A stretch of 33,868 nucleotides of DNA. Source: Gemmatimonadota bacterium (GTDB taxonomy: Bacteria; Gemmatimonadota; Gemmatimonadetes; Gemmatimonadales; GWC2-71-9). The stretch spans positions 1-33,868 of the forward strand of contig QHTZ01000055.1 of the NCBI GenBank assembly GCA_003221005.1. Direction: 5' to 3'. Under the pieces are notes generated by a model, which was not told where the DNA came from, made no database searches, and worked only from the letters and a program-made list of their open reading frames with translations. Positions 1-7,491 of this stretch are shown piece by piece; within the stretch, counting starts at the first letter, position 1, and every line of letters starts with the position of its first letter. A program made the translations under genes and the position numbers.

Positions 1-859
1 CGAAGAAGACGTTGTGCTCACCCCCGGTGTTGATGACGAGGCTGGCGCTACCCCTGGCGATGGTAGTGCCAATGGTGCCCGTGGTGTCGACCGGCTTGGC
101 CATGTTCGCGTCCACTTCCAGCCCGAGGTACTTGTTCAAGAAGAACCCGAGCCGTCCACCCCCGCCAGGCTGCCATTTGAGGCCCCACACCGGGTCGTAC
201 CGGGTGTAGGTGCCGAACCCGCCAATTTCCAGTTGGTGGCCGTGTCCCGTGCTCGGCAGGGTCCCGCCCGCAGCGAGGATCGAGTCACGCGTGGCTTTCG
301 GGATCTCCGGAGCCGGCTGCTGGCCGCCACCGCCGCCCCCGCCCAAGAGGAAGGAGAGGCCCGCCGAGCCGGTGAAGTCCAGCGGCTTCTTGCCTGGGGA
401 TAGGTCTTTGAGGGAGTAGAATGCCCGGCCCTCGAGCCGCAGGGCCACGTGGCTGCCGAAGAAAATCCGGTCGCCGATGCCGCCGTGGACTTCGTTGCGC
501 CACAGGTATGGCGAATATCCCCCCCAGCGAGAGCGCGTGTAGCCGCCCAGTACGTAGAGCACGTTGTGCTCGCCGCCGGAGTTGAGCACCAGGCTGGCGC
601 TGCCTCTGGCGATCTTAGTGGCAACGGTGCCGGTCGTGTCGACCGGGTTGGCCATGCTGGCGTCCACTTCGAGACCGAAGTACTCGCTCAGGAAGAAGCC
701 GAGCCGCCCGCCGACGCCGGCCTGCCACTTGAGGCCCCACACCGGATCGTAGCGGGTGTAGATGCCGAACCCCCCGATCTCCAACTGGTGGCCGTGTTGC
801 GCGCTCACAGCGGCGACCCCGCCCACGAGCGCCACGCCGACAATGGTGAGAACCCGCAT
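1..859 (-). CDS. Outer-membrane beta-barrel protein with tandemly duplicated barrel domain (3' end runs off window)
   Basis: Not in the ORF track. Hand translation from ATG at 859 (GAGGAG RBS upstream) gives MRVLTIVGVALVGGVAAVSAQHGHQLEIGGFGIYTRYDPVWGLKWQAGVGGRLGFFLSEYFGLEVD..., open to the window edge. It has a signal peptide, alternating Gly/aromatic beta-strands, and a first domain ending SAGLSFLLG. Confidence 0.85.
   Translation of the reverse strand, partial: MRVLTIVGVALVGGVAAVSAQHGHQLEIGGFGIYTRYDPVWGLKWQAGVGGRLGFFLSEYFGLEVDASMANPVDTTGTVATKIARGSASLVLNSGGEHNVLYVLGGYTRSRWGGYSPYLWRNEVHGGIGDRIFFGSHVALRLEGRAFYSLKDLSPGKKPLDFTGSAGLSFLLGGGGGGGQQPAPEIPKATRDSILAAGGTLPSTGHGHQLEIGGFGTYTRYDPVWGLKWQPGGGGRLGFFLNKYLGLEVDANMAKPVDTTGTIGTTIARGSASLVINTGGEHNVFF
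2..796 (-). repeat. Intragenic direct repeat, period 552 nt (184 aa): 554-796 vs 2-244
   Basis: Both copies translate as HGHQLEIGGFGxYTRYDPVWGLKWQ...GGEHNV; hand count gives 66/81 identical residues over the visible overlap. Confidence 0.92.
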
Positions 860-883
860 GGCCAGGCTCCTCGGTAGAGACTA

Positions 884-909
884 TCGGGGGCCCTGCAGGG
901 GGCCCCCGA
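884..909. promoter_or_regulatory. Perfect 10-bp GC hairpin upstream of the beta-barrel gene
   Basis: TCGGGGGCCC-tgcagg-GGGCCCCCGA, about 25 nt upstream of the ATG at 859; possibly a 5'-UTR stabilising stem. Function is inferred. Confidence 0.5.
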
Positions 910-1057
910 AGACCACCGAAAATAGGGGTTCAGGTCAAAAAATGCGAGACCCGAAAGGCTTGGAGAGAGGGGAGTTAAGCCACTAAGCCTTGAAACTACT
1001 TGAAGGTCACCTTGCCTTGTCCCTAACCCATACCGAACAAATGCCGAAAATGGCGGC

Positions 1058-2251
1058 CTAGATCAGCCCCAGGCTCGTCCCGACCTTCTTGAATGCAGCC
1101 AGGGCGAAGTCGAGATCGTCCCGCGTATGCGCTGCCGAGAGCTGGCAGCGGACCCGGGCGTGTCCTTGCGGCACGACGGGGTAGCCGAAGCCGGTGACGA
1201 AGACGCCCTCGGCGAGCAGCAGCTCGCTCATCTGAATCGCCTTCGCCGTTTCACCTAGGATCACTGGCACGATCGGTGTCCCCCCCGGGAGCGGCTTGAA
1301 CCCCAGGTCCAGGAGTCGCTCGCGGAAATACGTGGCGTTGTCCCGCAACGTGCGTACGAGCTCCGGATGGCGCTCGATGCGGCGCACCGCGGCGAGCGCG
1401 CTCGCGGCGACGGTCGGGGGGAGCGCATTGCTGAACAGCTGGGGACGCGACCGCTGCGTGAGGTAGTCGGCGACCTCGGCCGGTCCGGCGACGAACCCCC
1501 CGGCCGCCCCGCCTAAGGCTTTTCCGAGGGTCGAGGTGATGATGTCCACCTCCCCGAGCATCCCGTAATGCTCCGCCACGCCGCGACCGTGCTCCCCGAG
1601 CACTCCGCTGCCGTGAGAGTCGTCCACGACTACGGTGGCGTCATACTGTCGCGATAGTGCTACTATGTCCGGAAGCCTGGCAATATCGCCCTCCATCGAG
1701 AAGACCCCGTCGGTCAGGACGAGCTTGAGGCGATGATCCTTCGCGGCGCGGAGCTTCTCCTCCAGGTCCTTCATATCCGCGTGCCGGAACACGGCCGACT
1801 CGCACTTGGTGATCGCCTTGGCGAGGCGTATCGAGTCGATGATCGATGCGTGGTTCAACTGATCGGAAATGACGATGTCGTGCTCGCCGAGCAGCGTCGG
1901 ACAGAGGCCCTCGTTCGCGTTCCAGCAGCTGACGTAGGTGAGGGCGGCGCCGCAGCCGACGAAGCGGGCGAGCGCCGCCTCGAGCTCCCGGTGGATCGTG
2001 AACGTCCCGCAAATGAACCGGACCGATCCCGTGCCGGCGCCGAACTCGTCCAGGGCCTGCTTTCCGGCGGCGACCACCTCGGGCTCATTGCACAAGCCGA
2101 GGTAGTTGTTGGAGGAGAGGATCACGACTTCGCCGCGCCCTTCCATCCGCACGCGCGGGCCCTGAGGTGACGCGAGGTAGTTGAGGCGCTTGTAGACGCC
2201 CTCCTGCCTGAACTGGTCCAGTTCGGCGCGCAGCCGGGCGGCGAGGCTCAT
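1058..2251 (-). CDS. kbl: Glycine C-acetyltransferase (2-amino-3-ketobutyrate CoA ligase)
   Basis: Motifs SNNYLGL, GSVRFICGT, NHASIID, DGVFSMEGD, DDSH and PLP lysine in TLGKALGG. Start reset to MSLAARL (ATG 2251), which overlaps the tdh stop as ATGA. Confidence 0.95.
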   Translation of the reverse strand: MSLAARLRAELDQFRQEGVYKRLNYLASPQGPRVRMEGRGEVVILSSNNYLGLCNEPEVVAAGKQALDEFGAGTGSVRFICGTFTIHRELEAALARFVGCGAALTYVSCWNANEGLCPTLLGEHDIVISDQLNHASIIDSIRLAKAITKCESAVFRHADMKDLEEKLRAAKDHRLKLVLTDGVFSMEGDIARLPDIVALSRQYDATVVVDDSHGSGVLGEHGRGVAEHYGMLGEVDIITSTLGKALGGAAGGFVAGPAEVADYLTQRSRPQLFSNALPPTVAASALAAVRRIERHPELVRTLRDNATYFRERLLDLGFKPLPGGTPIVPVILGETAKAIQMSELLLAEGVFVTGFGYPVVPQGHARVRCQLSAAHTRDDLDFALAAFKKVGTSLGLI

Positions 2252-3276
2252 GCGATCTCCAGGATGATCTTGCCCGCGTCGCCCGAGCGGATGGCAGCGA
2301 GCGCCTCGGCGATGCGAGTGAGCGGAAACTGGTGTGTGATGACAGGACGGGGGTCGAACAGGCCCGCCGTGAGGTAGCGCCGCATCTGGTGCCACGTCTC
2401 GTACATCTTGCGGCCGATCACGCCATATACCGTAATGCCCTTGAAGATGATCTCGCTCGCGAAGTCAATCGGGACCTCGCCTTTGGGAATGCCCAGGAGC
2501 TGGACGCGCCCGCCCATGCGGACGGCGGCGAGCGCCTGATGGAGGGCGGAGGGGACGCCAGACATCTCGCATACCACGTCCGCGCCCTCGCCACCTGTCT
2601 CGGCCTGAACGGTGCGCACGACGTCGTCCTTCCCCGCGTCAATGATGACGTGCGCGCCCATGCGTGCAGCCAGGGCGAGCCGCTTGGGGTTGACGTCCGA
2701 GGCGAGGACCTTGGCCGCGCCGGCCGCGCGGGCGATGCCGACCGCGAAGCAGCCGATCGGCCCGCACCCCACGACGAAGACGGTGCTCCCGGGGATCTCC
2801 GCGGTCAGCACCGTGTGAAACGCATTGCCCATCGGATCCATGACGGCCCCGACCTCGGTCGGGATGCCGTTTAGCGGGAGCACGTTGGTGGCGGGCATGA
2901 CGATGTAGTCGGCGAAAGCGCCGTCGCGGTCCACGCCGATGATTTGGGTGCGCCGGCAGATGTGGCTGTTACCGGTGCGGCACTGGAGGCAGTGCCCGCA
3001 CACGATGTGTCCCTCCGCGGTGACCAGCTGGCCCGGCTTGAGCTCCGCCACGCCGTCGCCGACCACGACGACCTCGCCCGCGAACTCATGCCCCACCACG
3101 AGGGGAGGCTTGAGCCGCCCCTGGGCCCAGGCGTCCCAGTCGGCGATGTGGAGGTCGGTGCCGCACACGCCCGCGTGCCGCACGGCGATGAGCACATCGC
3201 CGGGGCCGGCCGTCGGTTTGGGCACGCTCTTCACCGTGAGACCGGGGGCAGGCTTTTCCTTGACAATCGCTTGCAT
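2248..3276 (-). CDS. tdh: L-threonine 3-dehydrogenase
   Basis: Zn-dependent MDR motifs GVCGTDLHI, GHEFAG, CGHCLQC..C and GCGPIG; adjacent to kbl. Start reset to MQAIVKEK (ATG 3276). Confidence 0.95.
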   Translation of the reverse strand: MQAIVKEKPAPGLTVKSVPKPTAGPGDVLIAVRHAGVCGTDLHIADWDAWAQGRLKPPLVVGHEFAGEVVVVGDGVAELKPGQLVTAEGHIVCGHCLQCRTGNSHICRRTQIIGVDRDGAFADYIVMPATNVLPLNGIPTEVGAVMDPMGNAFHTVLTAEIPGSTVFVVGCGPIGCFAVGIARAAGAAKVLASDVNPKRLALAARMGAHVIIDAGKDDVVRTVQAETGGEGADVVCEMSGVPSALHQALAAVRMGGRVQLLGIPKGEVPIDFASEIIFKGITVYGVIGRKMYETWHQMRRYLTAGLFDPRPVITHQFPLTRIAEALAAIRSGDAGKIILEIA

Positions 3277-3283
3277 CACGAAT

Positions 3284-3311
3284 CGGGACGCGGGGTGCGG
3301 GACGGAGGACG
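3284..3311 (+). repeat. Four tandem heptamers, consensus NGGGACG
   Basis: CGGGACG CGGGGTG CGGGACG GAGGACG in the SDR-tdh spacer; same unit as at 12354-12427. Confidence 0.7.
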
Positions 3312-3313
3312 GG

Positions 3314-4105
3314 TCAGAAGATGGACCGCGTGAATCCGCCGTCGACCTGGAGCACAGCCCCGGTAATATAGCTGGCCCGATCGGAGCCAAGGAACGCGAC
3401 GGCGGCCGCGAGCTCATCGGGGTGACCCATCCGGGCCATCGGGATGTCCGCTACCATGTCGCGCATCACCTCTTGCGGAGTGCGGTGTTCTCGTTTGGCC
3501 CGGGTCTCGGTGAGCTCCTCGATCCGCTCCGTGGCCACGAAGCCCGGGCAGACGACGTTCACCGTGATGCCCTCGGGGGCCACCTCGTCCGCCAGAGCTT
3601 TGGCGAAGCCGAGCACGCCGGCGCGGGCCGTGGTCGAGAGGATAAGCCCGGGTACAGGCTGTTTCGCAGCGACCGACGCGAGGCAGATGATCCGTCCCCA
3701 CTGAAGCTTGCGCATGATGGGCACGGCGGCGCGCGCGAGGTGCACCGTGGAGAGGAGATTGACCTCGACGACGCGGTGCCACGCCTCGGCGGTCTGGTGG
3801 GCGAACGGCGCCGCGGGCGGCCCGCTCGCGTTGCAGAACAGGATGTCGAGTCGTCCCAGCTCGTGGGCGACGTGCTGCACCAGCTGCTCGGCTTGCTCGG
3901 GAACCGCGACGTCCGCCACAAAGGGCTGGACCGGTCGTCCGGTTTCGGACCCAAGCTGTCGCGCGACGGACTCGACCGAGTCCTTGTGACGCCCGTTGAC
4001 GGCGACGCGGGCCCCTTCCTGTGCCAGCGTCTTCGCGACCGCCCGCCCGAGTCCTTTGGTGCTGCCACAGACGAGCGCCACCCGCCCTGCCAGGCCCAGA
4101 TCCAT
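3314..4105 (-). CDS. SDR family oxidoreductase (BKR-like atypical subgroup)
   Basis: MDLGLAGRVALVCGSTKGLG, DILFCNASG, VNVVCPG and DGG; SxxxR (LSTTAR) replaces YxxxK. Confidence 0.92.
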   Translation of the reverse strand: MDLGLAGRVALVCGSTKGLGRAVAKTLAQEGARVAVNGRHKDSVESVARQLGSETGRPVQPFVADVAVPEQAEQLVQHVAHELGRLDILFCNASGPPAAPFAHQTAEAWHRVVEVNLLSTVHLARAAVPIMRKLQWGRIICLASVAAKQPVPGLILSTTARAGVLGFAKALADEVAPEGITVNVVCPGFVATERIEELTETRAKREHRTPQEVMRDMVADIPMARMGHPDELAAAVAFLGSDRASYITGAVLQVDGGFTRSIF

Positions 4106-4167
4106 ACCGGGCGGAAATCTAGGGGTGGGTGTTGGGACGGGTTAGTTGTGAGCGAGCGGGGCTGAAT

Positions 4168-4195
4168 GCAGGGGCACGGCGAGCCGTGCCCCTAC
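4168..4195. repeat. GTAG-type REP-like palindrome
   Basis: GCAGGGGCACGGC-ga-GCCGTGCCCCTAC; the minus strand begins GTAGGGGCACGGC. It lies just downstream of the sORF stop. Confidence 0.75.
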
Positions 4196-4209
4196 CACTG
4201 CGGTGTGGT

Positions 4210-4377
4210 CTAGTGCGACCGCTCTACCGGCAGATGCCGATGCGGATGGTCGTCCCCATCGGGCTCGTCGGCGCACCAACAGTACGCCCAGATCCTTGCC
4301 GGGCGGAGCAACTGCCGGCCCGCGCGCAGGATGATACCGAGGGGCTCTTCATCGAGGACTAAGGGAAGGCTGGTCAT
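4210..4377 (-). CDS. Putative 55-aa small protein with CxC and His-rich tail
   Basis: Below the ORF-track cutoff: MTSLPLVLDEEPLGIILRAGRQLLRPARIWAYCWCADEPDGDDHPHRHLPVERSH*. It fills the gap, is co-oriented with its neighbours, and has a sigma54-type motif upstream and a hairpin downstream. No clear SD. Confidence 0.6.
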   Translation of the reverse strand: MTSLPLVLDEEPLGIILRAGRQLLRPARIWAYCWCADEPDGDDHPHRHLPVERSH

Positions 4378-4398
4378 GAGAACCGCTGCACGGTGAAT

Positions 4399-4456
4399 GA
4401 CGCCACGTTACAAGGGCAACATTTCTGCCATGTGGGCCCTCTTGCAACGTGGCGTC
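4399..4456. repeat. 16-bp inverted repeat flanking the sigma54 motif
   Basis: GACGCCACGTTACAAG (4399-4414) and CTTGCAACGTGGCGTC (4441-4456) are 15/16 complementary. Confidence 0.85.
4416..4430 (-). promoter_or_regulatory. Sigma54 (RpoN) -24/-12 promoter motif
   Basis: Minus strand TGGCAGAAATGTTGC against consensus TGGCACG-N4-TTGC, with exact GG-N10-GC spacing; 38 nt upstream of the sORF ATG. Confidence 0.65.
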
Positions 4457-4493
4457 GTGCAACGTGTTACAGGGGAGGGCCTGGGCGGAGTGG

Positions 4494-5357
4494 CTAATCC
4501 GACACGTTCAGCGCCGTGTCGAGGTGACGCTCGGGCTTGGTGGCGAGGAACCCCGAGCCCGCGCGGGTCCGCCGGCGCCGCGAGATCTCCCAGCCGGCGT
4601 ACGCCGCCTGGAGCGCTTCCGGGGCGAGCGGGATCACTTCGCGAGCCGCCGGGGTCGGCAAGACGAGGTGGACGCCGCCCGGTCGGGTCCGCGCCTGCAG
4701 TTCGGCCAGGACCGCGCTGCGATCCTTCGCTCGCGACGCGGCCAGGGCCGGGGGATCGATGACCACGAGGCTGGGCGCGACGTCGGGCAGCCAGCTGCCG
4801 AACTGGATCACGAGCGCGTGAAAGCGACCCGCGAGCTGCTCCGAGACCGCGCGGCTCTCCGCCGCCTCCACGGCGCCGAGGTCTTGATCGAGCAGGAACA
4901 CTTCGGCGTCGTAAGCAGCAAGGAACAGAGCGCCCGGGAGGGCCGTCGCGCCGACGACGAGCACCAGGTCACCCGGCTCGAGTCGCCGCACGAGGCCGAC
5001 CAGCGGCCCATCGTGCTCCAGCCCCCAGTGCGTCGGCTCACGTTGCGACAGCCGCAGGGTGCGGTGCCGTTGCCGCCAGCGGGGGAACGTCGGCAGGCGT
5101 AAGCGGCGCGCGATGACACGATCCACGTGCTCGAGCAGCAGCACCTCGGTGAGCAAGTATTGTGCGCCGGCGTTTGCCTCCAGCTCGCGCACCGCCTCGT
5201 CCCCGATTTCGAGCAGCTCTTCGCGAGTGAGCGTGTTCTTGTATTCCTCGATCCGCTGCAGCATGAACTCTTCGTACTCCTGCTTCAGGGAGCGGGGTGG
5301 GCGGCGCACGCTGCGGGACGGCTGGCCCGCCGGAGTGGGCGGGAGCGCGCTCAGCAC
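4494..5357 (-). CDS. Hypothetical protein: helical N-domain plus degenerate class I SAM-methyltransferase-like domain
   Basis: Charged helical N-terminus (RSLKQEYEEFMLQRIEEYK...), then Rossmann-like DLVLVVGA..., AEVFLLDQD...AVEAAE, SLVVIDPP and TRPGGVHLV. The start overlaps the CDF stop. Confidence 0.75.
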   Translation of the reverse strand: MLSALPPTPAGQPSRSVRRPPRSLKQEYEEFMLQRIEEYKNTLTREELLEIGDEAVRELEANAGAQYLLTEVLLLEHVDRVIARRLRLPTFPRWRQRHRTLRLSQREPTHWGLEHDGPLVGLVRRLEPGDLVLVVGATALPGALFLAAYDAEVFLLDQDLGAVEAAESRAVSEQLAGRFHALVIQFGSWLPDVAPSLVVIDPPALAASRAKDRSAVLAELQARTRPGGVHLVLPTPAAREVIPLAPEALQAAYAGWEISRRRRTRAGSGFLATKPERHLDTALNVSD

Positions 5358-6229
5358 GGCTCGACGTGCACGATCACCTCGTGCAGCTGGAGGTCGCGCT
5401 TGAGCCGCTCTTCGACTTCGTCGGCGATCGCGTGCGCGTCAGCGACGTTCGCTCCCCGGTCGACCGCAATGGTCACCTCCGCGTAGCGCCCGGGCGGCGC
5501 TCCCCGCGACCGGATCCCGTAGGCGCTCTTCACTCCCGACACGGTCTCGGCGGTCTCCTGGATCGCGCCGGGCGGCAGGGCGCGCTGGTCCACGAGCACG
5601 GGAACGGCGTGTAAGACGATGCCGTAGGCGACCCGCACGATGACCAGGGCGACCGCGATCGCCACGATGGGGTCCGCCCACCACCACCCCTGGCGTGCCA
5701 GCAGCACGCCGACGAGGACGCCCACGGTGACCAGCGCGTCCGCCCGGGTATGACGGGCATCGGCGATCAACAGCTGGCTCCCGAGCTCCGTCCCGCGCCG
5801 CTGCTCGTACCAGGCGACGACCACGCTCGTGCCGATCGTGAGGACGAGCACCGCGAGCTGGAAATCGCTCACCGTGACGGGATGCCGGCTCGAGACCAGG
5901 TGGTTCACGGCGCCCCGCACCAGCTCAAAGCAGCTGACCGACAGGAAGCCGACGATCGCCAGCGTACCCAGGGCTTCGAACTTGTCGTGACCGTAGGGAT
6001 GATCTTCGTCTGGCGCCTTCGACGCGACTCGCACCAGCACCATGGCGAGGCCGTTGCTCAGGGCGTCCACCGCCGAGTCGAGCGCCCCGCTCAGCACGGC
6101 GAGTGAGTTCGCGGCGATGCCCACGAACAGCTTGGCCAGGACGACAATCAGGTTGGCCACGAGGAGGCCGAACAGGACCCGGCGTACTAAGCTCGGTCGG
6201 TCGCGAGTTTCGGGTCTGGGGGAGGGCAT
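5351..6229 (-). CDS. Cation diffusion facilitator (FieF/YiiP-like) transporter
   Basis: TM2 DSAVD, PDEDHPYGH, TM5 HTRAD, and C-terminal AHAIADEVE...VIVHVEP. Start reset to ATG 6229. Confidence 0.93.
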   Translation of the reverse strand: MPSPRPETRDRPSLVRRVLFGLLVANLIVVLAKLFVGIAANSLAVLSGALDSAVDALSNGLAMVLVRVASKAPDEDHPYGHDKFEALGTLAIVGFLSVSCFELVRGAVNHLVSSRHPVTVSDFQLAVLVLTIGTSVVVAWYEQRRGTELGSQLLIADARHTRADALVTVGVLVGVLLARQGWWWADPIVAIAVALVIVRVAYGIVLHAVPVLVDQRALPPGAIQETAETVSGVKSAYGIRSRGAPPGRYAEVTIAVDRGANVADAHAIADEVEERLKRDLQLHEVIVHVEPC

Positions 6230-6282
6230 GCGTGCAAGCTTGTAAACCCGGGAGCCGAAGTCAATCGGACTCGGACGCCGGG

Positions 6283-7491
6283 TCAGTCCACGGGTGCGAG
6301 CAGCGCCCCCTTCAGGTAACCCGTCTCGGGCACGTTGAGCAGCTCCGGGTGGTCGGCGCCCGCCCCTACCCACGTGACGAGTTGCAACCGGCGGCCCGAG
6401 TCGCGCGCTGCGTCGGCGAGCATATCGGCGAAGGCCGCGCGGTGCACGTGGTAGGAACAGGAGCACGTGAACAAGACGCCGCCCGGGTTCAGGAGGCGCA
6501 TCGCCCGCAGGTTGATCTCCTTGTACCCGGCGCGCGCGCGGGGGAGACTTTCCTTGCTCTTCGCGAACGCGGGCGGGTCGAGCACGATCGTGTCGAACCG
6601 CTCGCCCTGGCGCTCGAACTGCCGCAGCAGGTCGAACGCGTTCGCCTCACGCCACGTGATGTTCGTCAGGCTGTTGAGCGCGGCGTTGTCACGCCCCCGG
6701 GCGAGCGCGTCCGCGCTCGAATCCACTGCGACGACGTCCGCCGCGCGACGCGCCAGCTGCAGCGCGAACGAGCCGTGGTAGGTGAACAGGTCGAGAGCCC
6801 GTCCCCCGGGGGCCGTGTGCGCCGCGACCAGCGCGCGGTTCTCCCGCTGGTCGAGGAACGCACCAGTCTTCTGACCGGACCAGGGGGCTGCGAGGTAGCG
6901 CACGCCGTGCTCCAACACCTCCACCAGCTCGGGGACGGTCCCGAACGCCGGTACCACTTCGAGGGGGAGCCCTTCGTGCCGCCGGATCGCCACGTCGTTC
7001 CGCAGCAGGATACCCTCCGGGGCGAGCGCGGTCCGGATCCCGTCCACGATATCGTCCCGCAGTCGCTCCACGCCGGCCGACAAGAGCTGGGCTACGACGT
7101 AGGGCCCGTACCGGTCAACGACCAGAGATGGCAGGCCGTCACCCTCGGCGTGCACGACCCGGTAGGCCGTCGCCGCGATCGTGCCGCGCCGTGCGAGGGC
7201 CGCCGCGATCCGCGCATTCCACCAGGCGGCGTCGACGTGCTCCGTGCCGCGGGTGAGGAGCCGGAGTCGGATCTCCGACTTCGGGGAGTACAAGGCCTGC
7301 CCGAGGTGCCGGCCGCGGCGATCGGTCACCGCCATGAGGCCGGCCTCGTCGCGCGGCTCGGCGTAGACGTCGGTGCGGTAAATCCAGGGGTGTCCCGCAG
7401 TCCAGCGGCCGGCGCCCTTGGCGGAGACGACGACCGTGTGCTGCCGAGTCTCCCCCGCGGCTGACCGCCCGACCGCTTGACTGCCCGTCAT
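6283..7491 (-). CDS. Class I SAM-dependent rRNA methyltransferase (RlmI-like, PUA + MTase)
   Basis: GHPWIY, EGDGLPSLVVDRY, GQKTGAFLDQREN, LDLFTYHGSF, LDPPAFAK, TCSCS and DHP...ETGYLK. ATG 7491 overlaps the aroH stop (ATGA). Confidence 0.92.
   Translation of the reverse strand: MTGSQAVGRSAAGETRQHTVVVSAKGAGRWTAGHPWIYRTDVYAEPRDEAGLMAVTDRRGRHLGQALYSPKSEIRLRLLTRGTEHVDAAWWNARIAAALARRGTIAATAYRVVHAEGDGLPSLVVDRYGPYVVAQLLSAGVERLRDDIVDGIRTALAPEGILLRNDVAIRRHEGLPLEVVPAFGTVPELVEVLEHGVRYLAAPWSGQKTGAFLDQRENRALVAAHTAPGGRALDLFTYHGSFALQLARRAADVVAVDSSADALARGRDNAALNSLTNITWREANAFDLLRQFERQGERFDTIVLDPPAFAKSKESLPRARAGYKEINLRAMRLLNPGGVLFTCSCSYHVHRAAFADMLADAARDSGRRLQLVTWVGAGADHPELLNVPETGYLKGALLAPVD
7461..7484 (+). repeat. 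Three tandem octamers inside the methyltransferase N-terminus
   Basis: CTGACCGC CCGACCGC TTGACTGC (24 nt, frame-preserving). Confidence 0.6.

Noticed and set aside
12-986. Plus-strand ORFs with repeated sequence (12..209, 14..403, 449..877, 564..752 and others)
   Set aside because: They are antisense shadows of the duplicated minus-strand beta-barrel gene, which has the RBS, signal peptide and sensible codon pattern.
1058-3417. ORF-track N-terminal extensions of kbl and tdh (also CDF, methyltransferase, aroH, thiE, mltG, MoxR, TPR and RR)
   Set aside because: The extensions overlap neighbouring genes and lack family similarity. Downstream starts give canonical lengths and, for most of these genes, stop/start overlaps.
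3314-4105. SDR lacking catalytic YxxxK as a pseudogene or novelty
   Set aside because: The SxxxR variant is typical of a known BKR-like atypical SDR subgroup, and the ORF is intact.
4129-4362. 77-aa plus-strand ORF in the SDR upstream gap
   Set aside because: It crosses the REP-like hairpin and has a TTG start without an RBS. The minus-strand 55-aa ORF fits orientation, promoter and hairpin better.
2939-7464. Long plus-strand ORFs (2939..4165, 6103..7464) and similar antisense ORFs elsewhere (16107..17453, 18277..19503, 21379..22833, 26006..27121)
   Set aside because: They lie opposite well-supported genes and have no motifs; long stop-free antisense frames are expected at this GC content.
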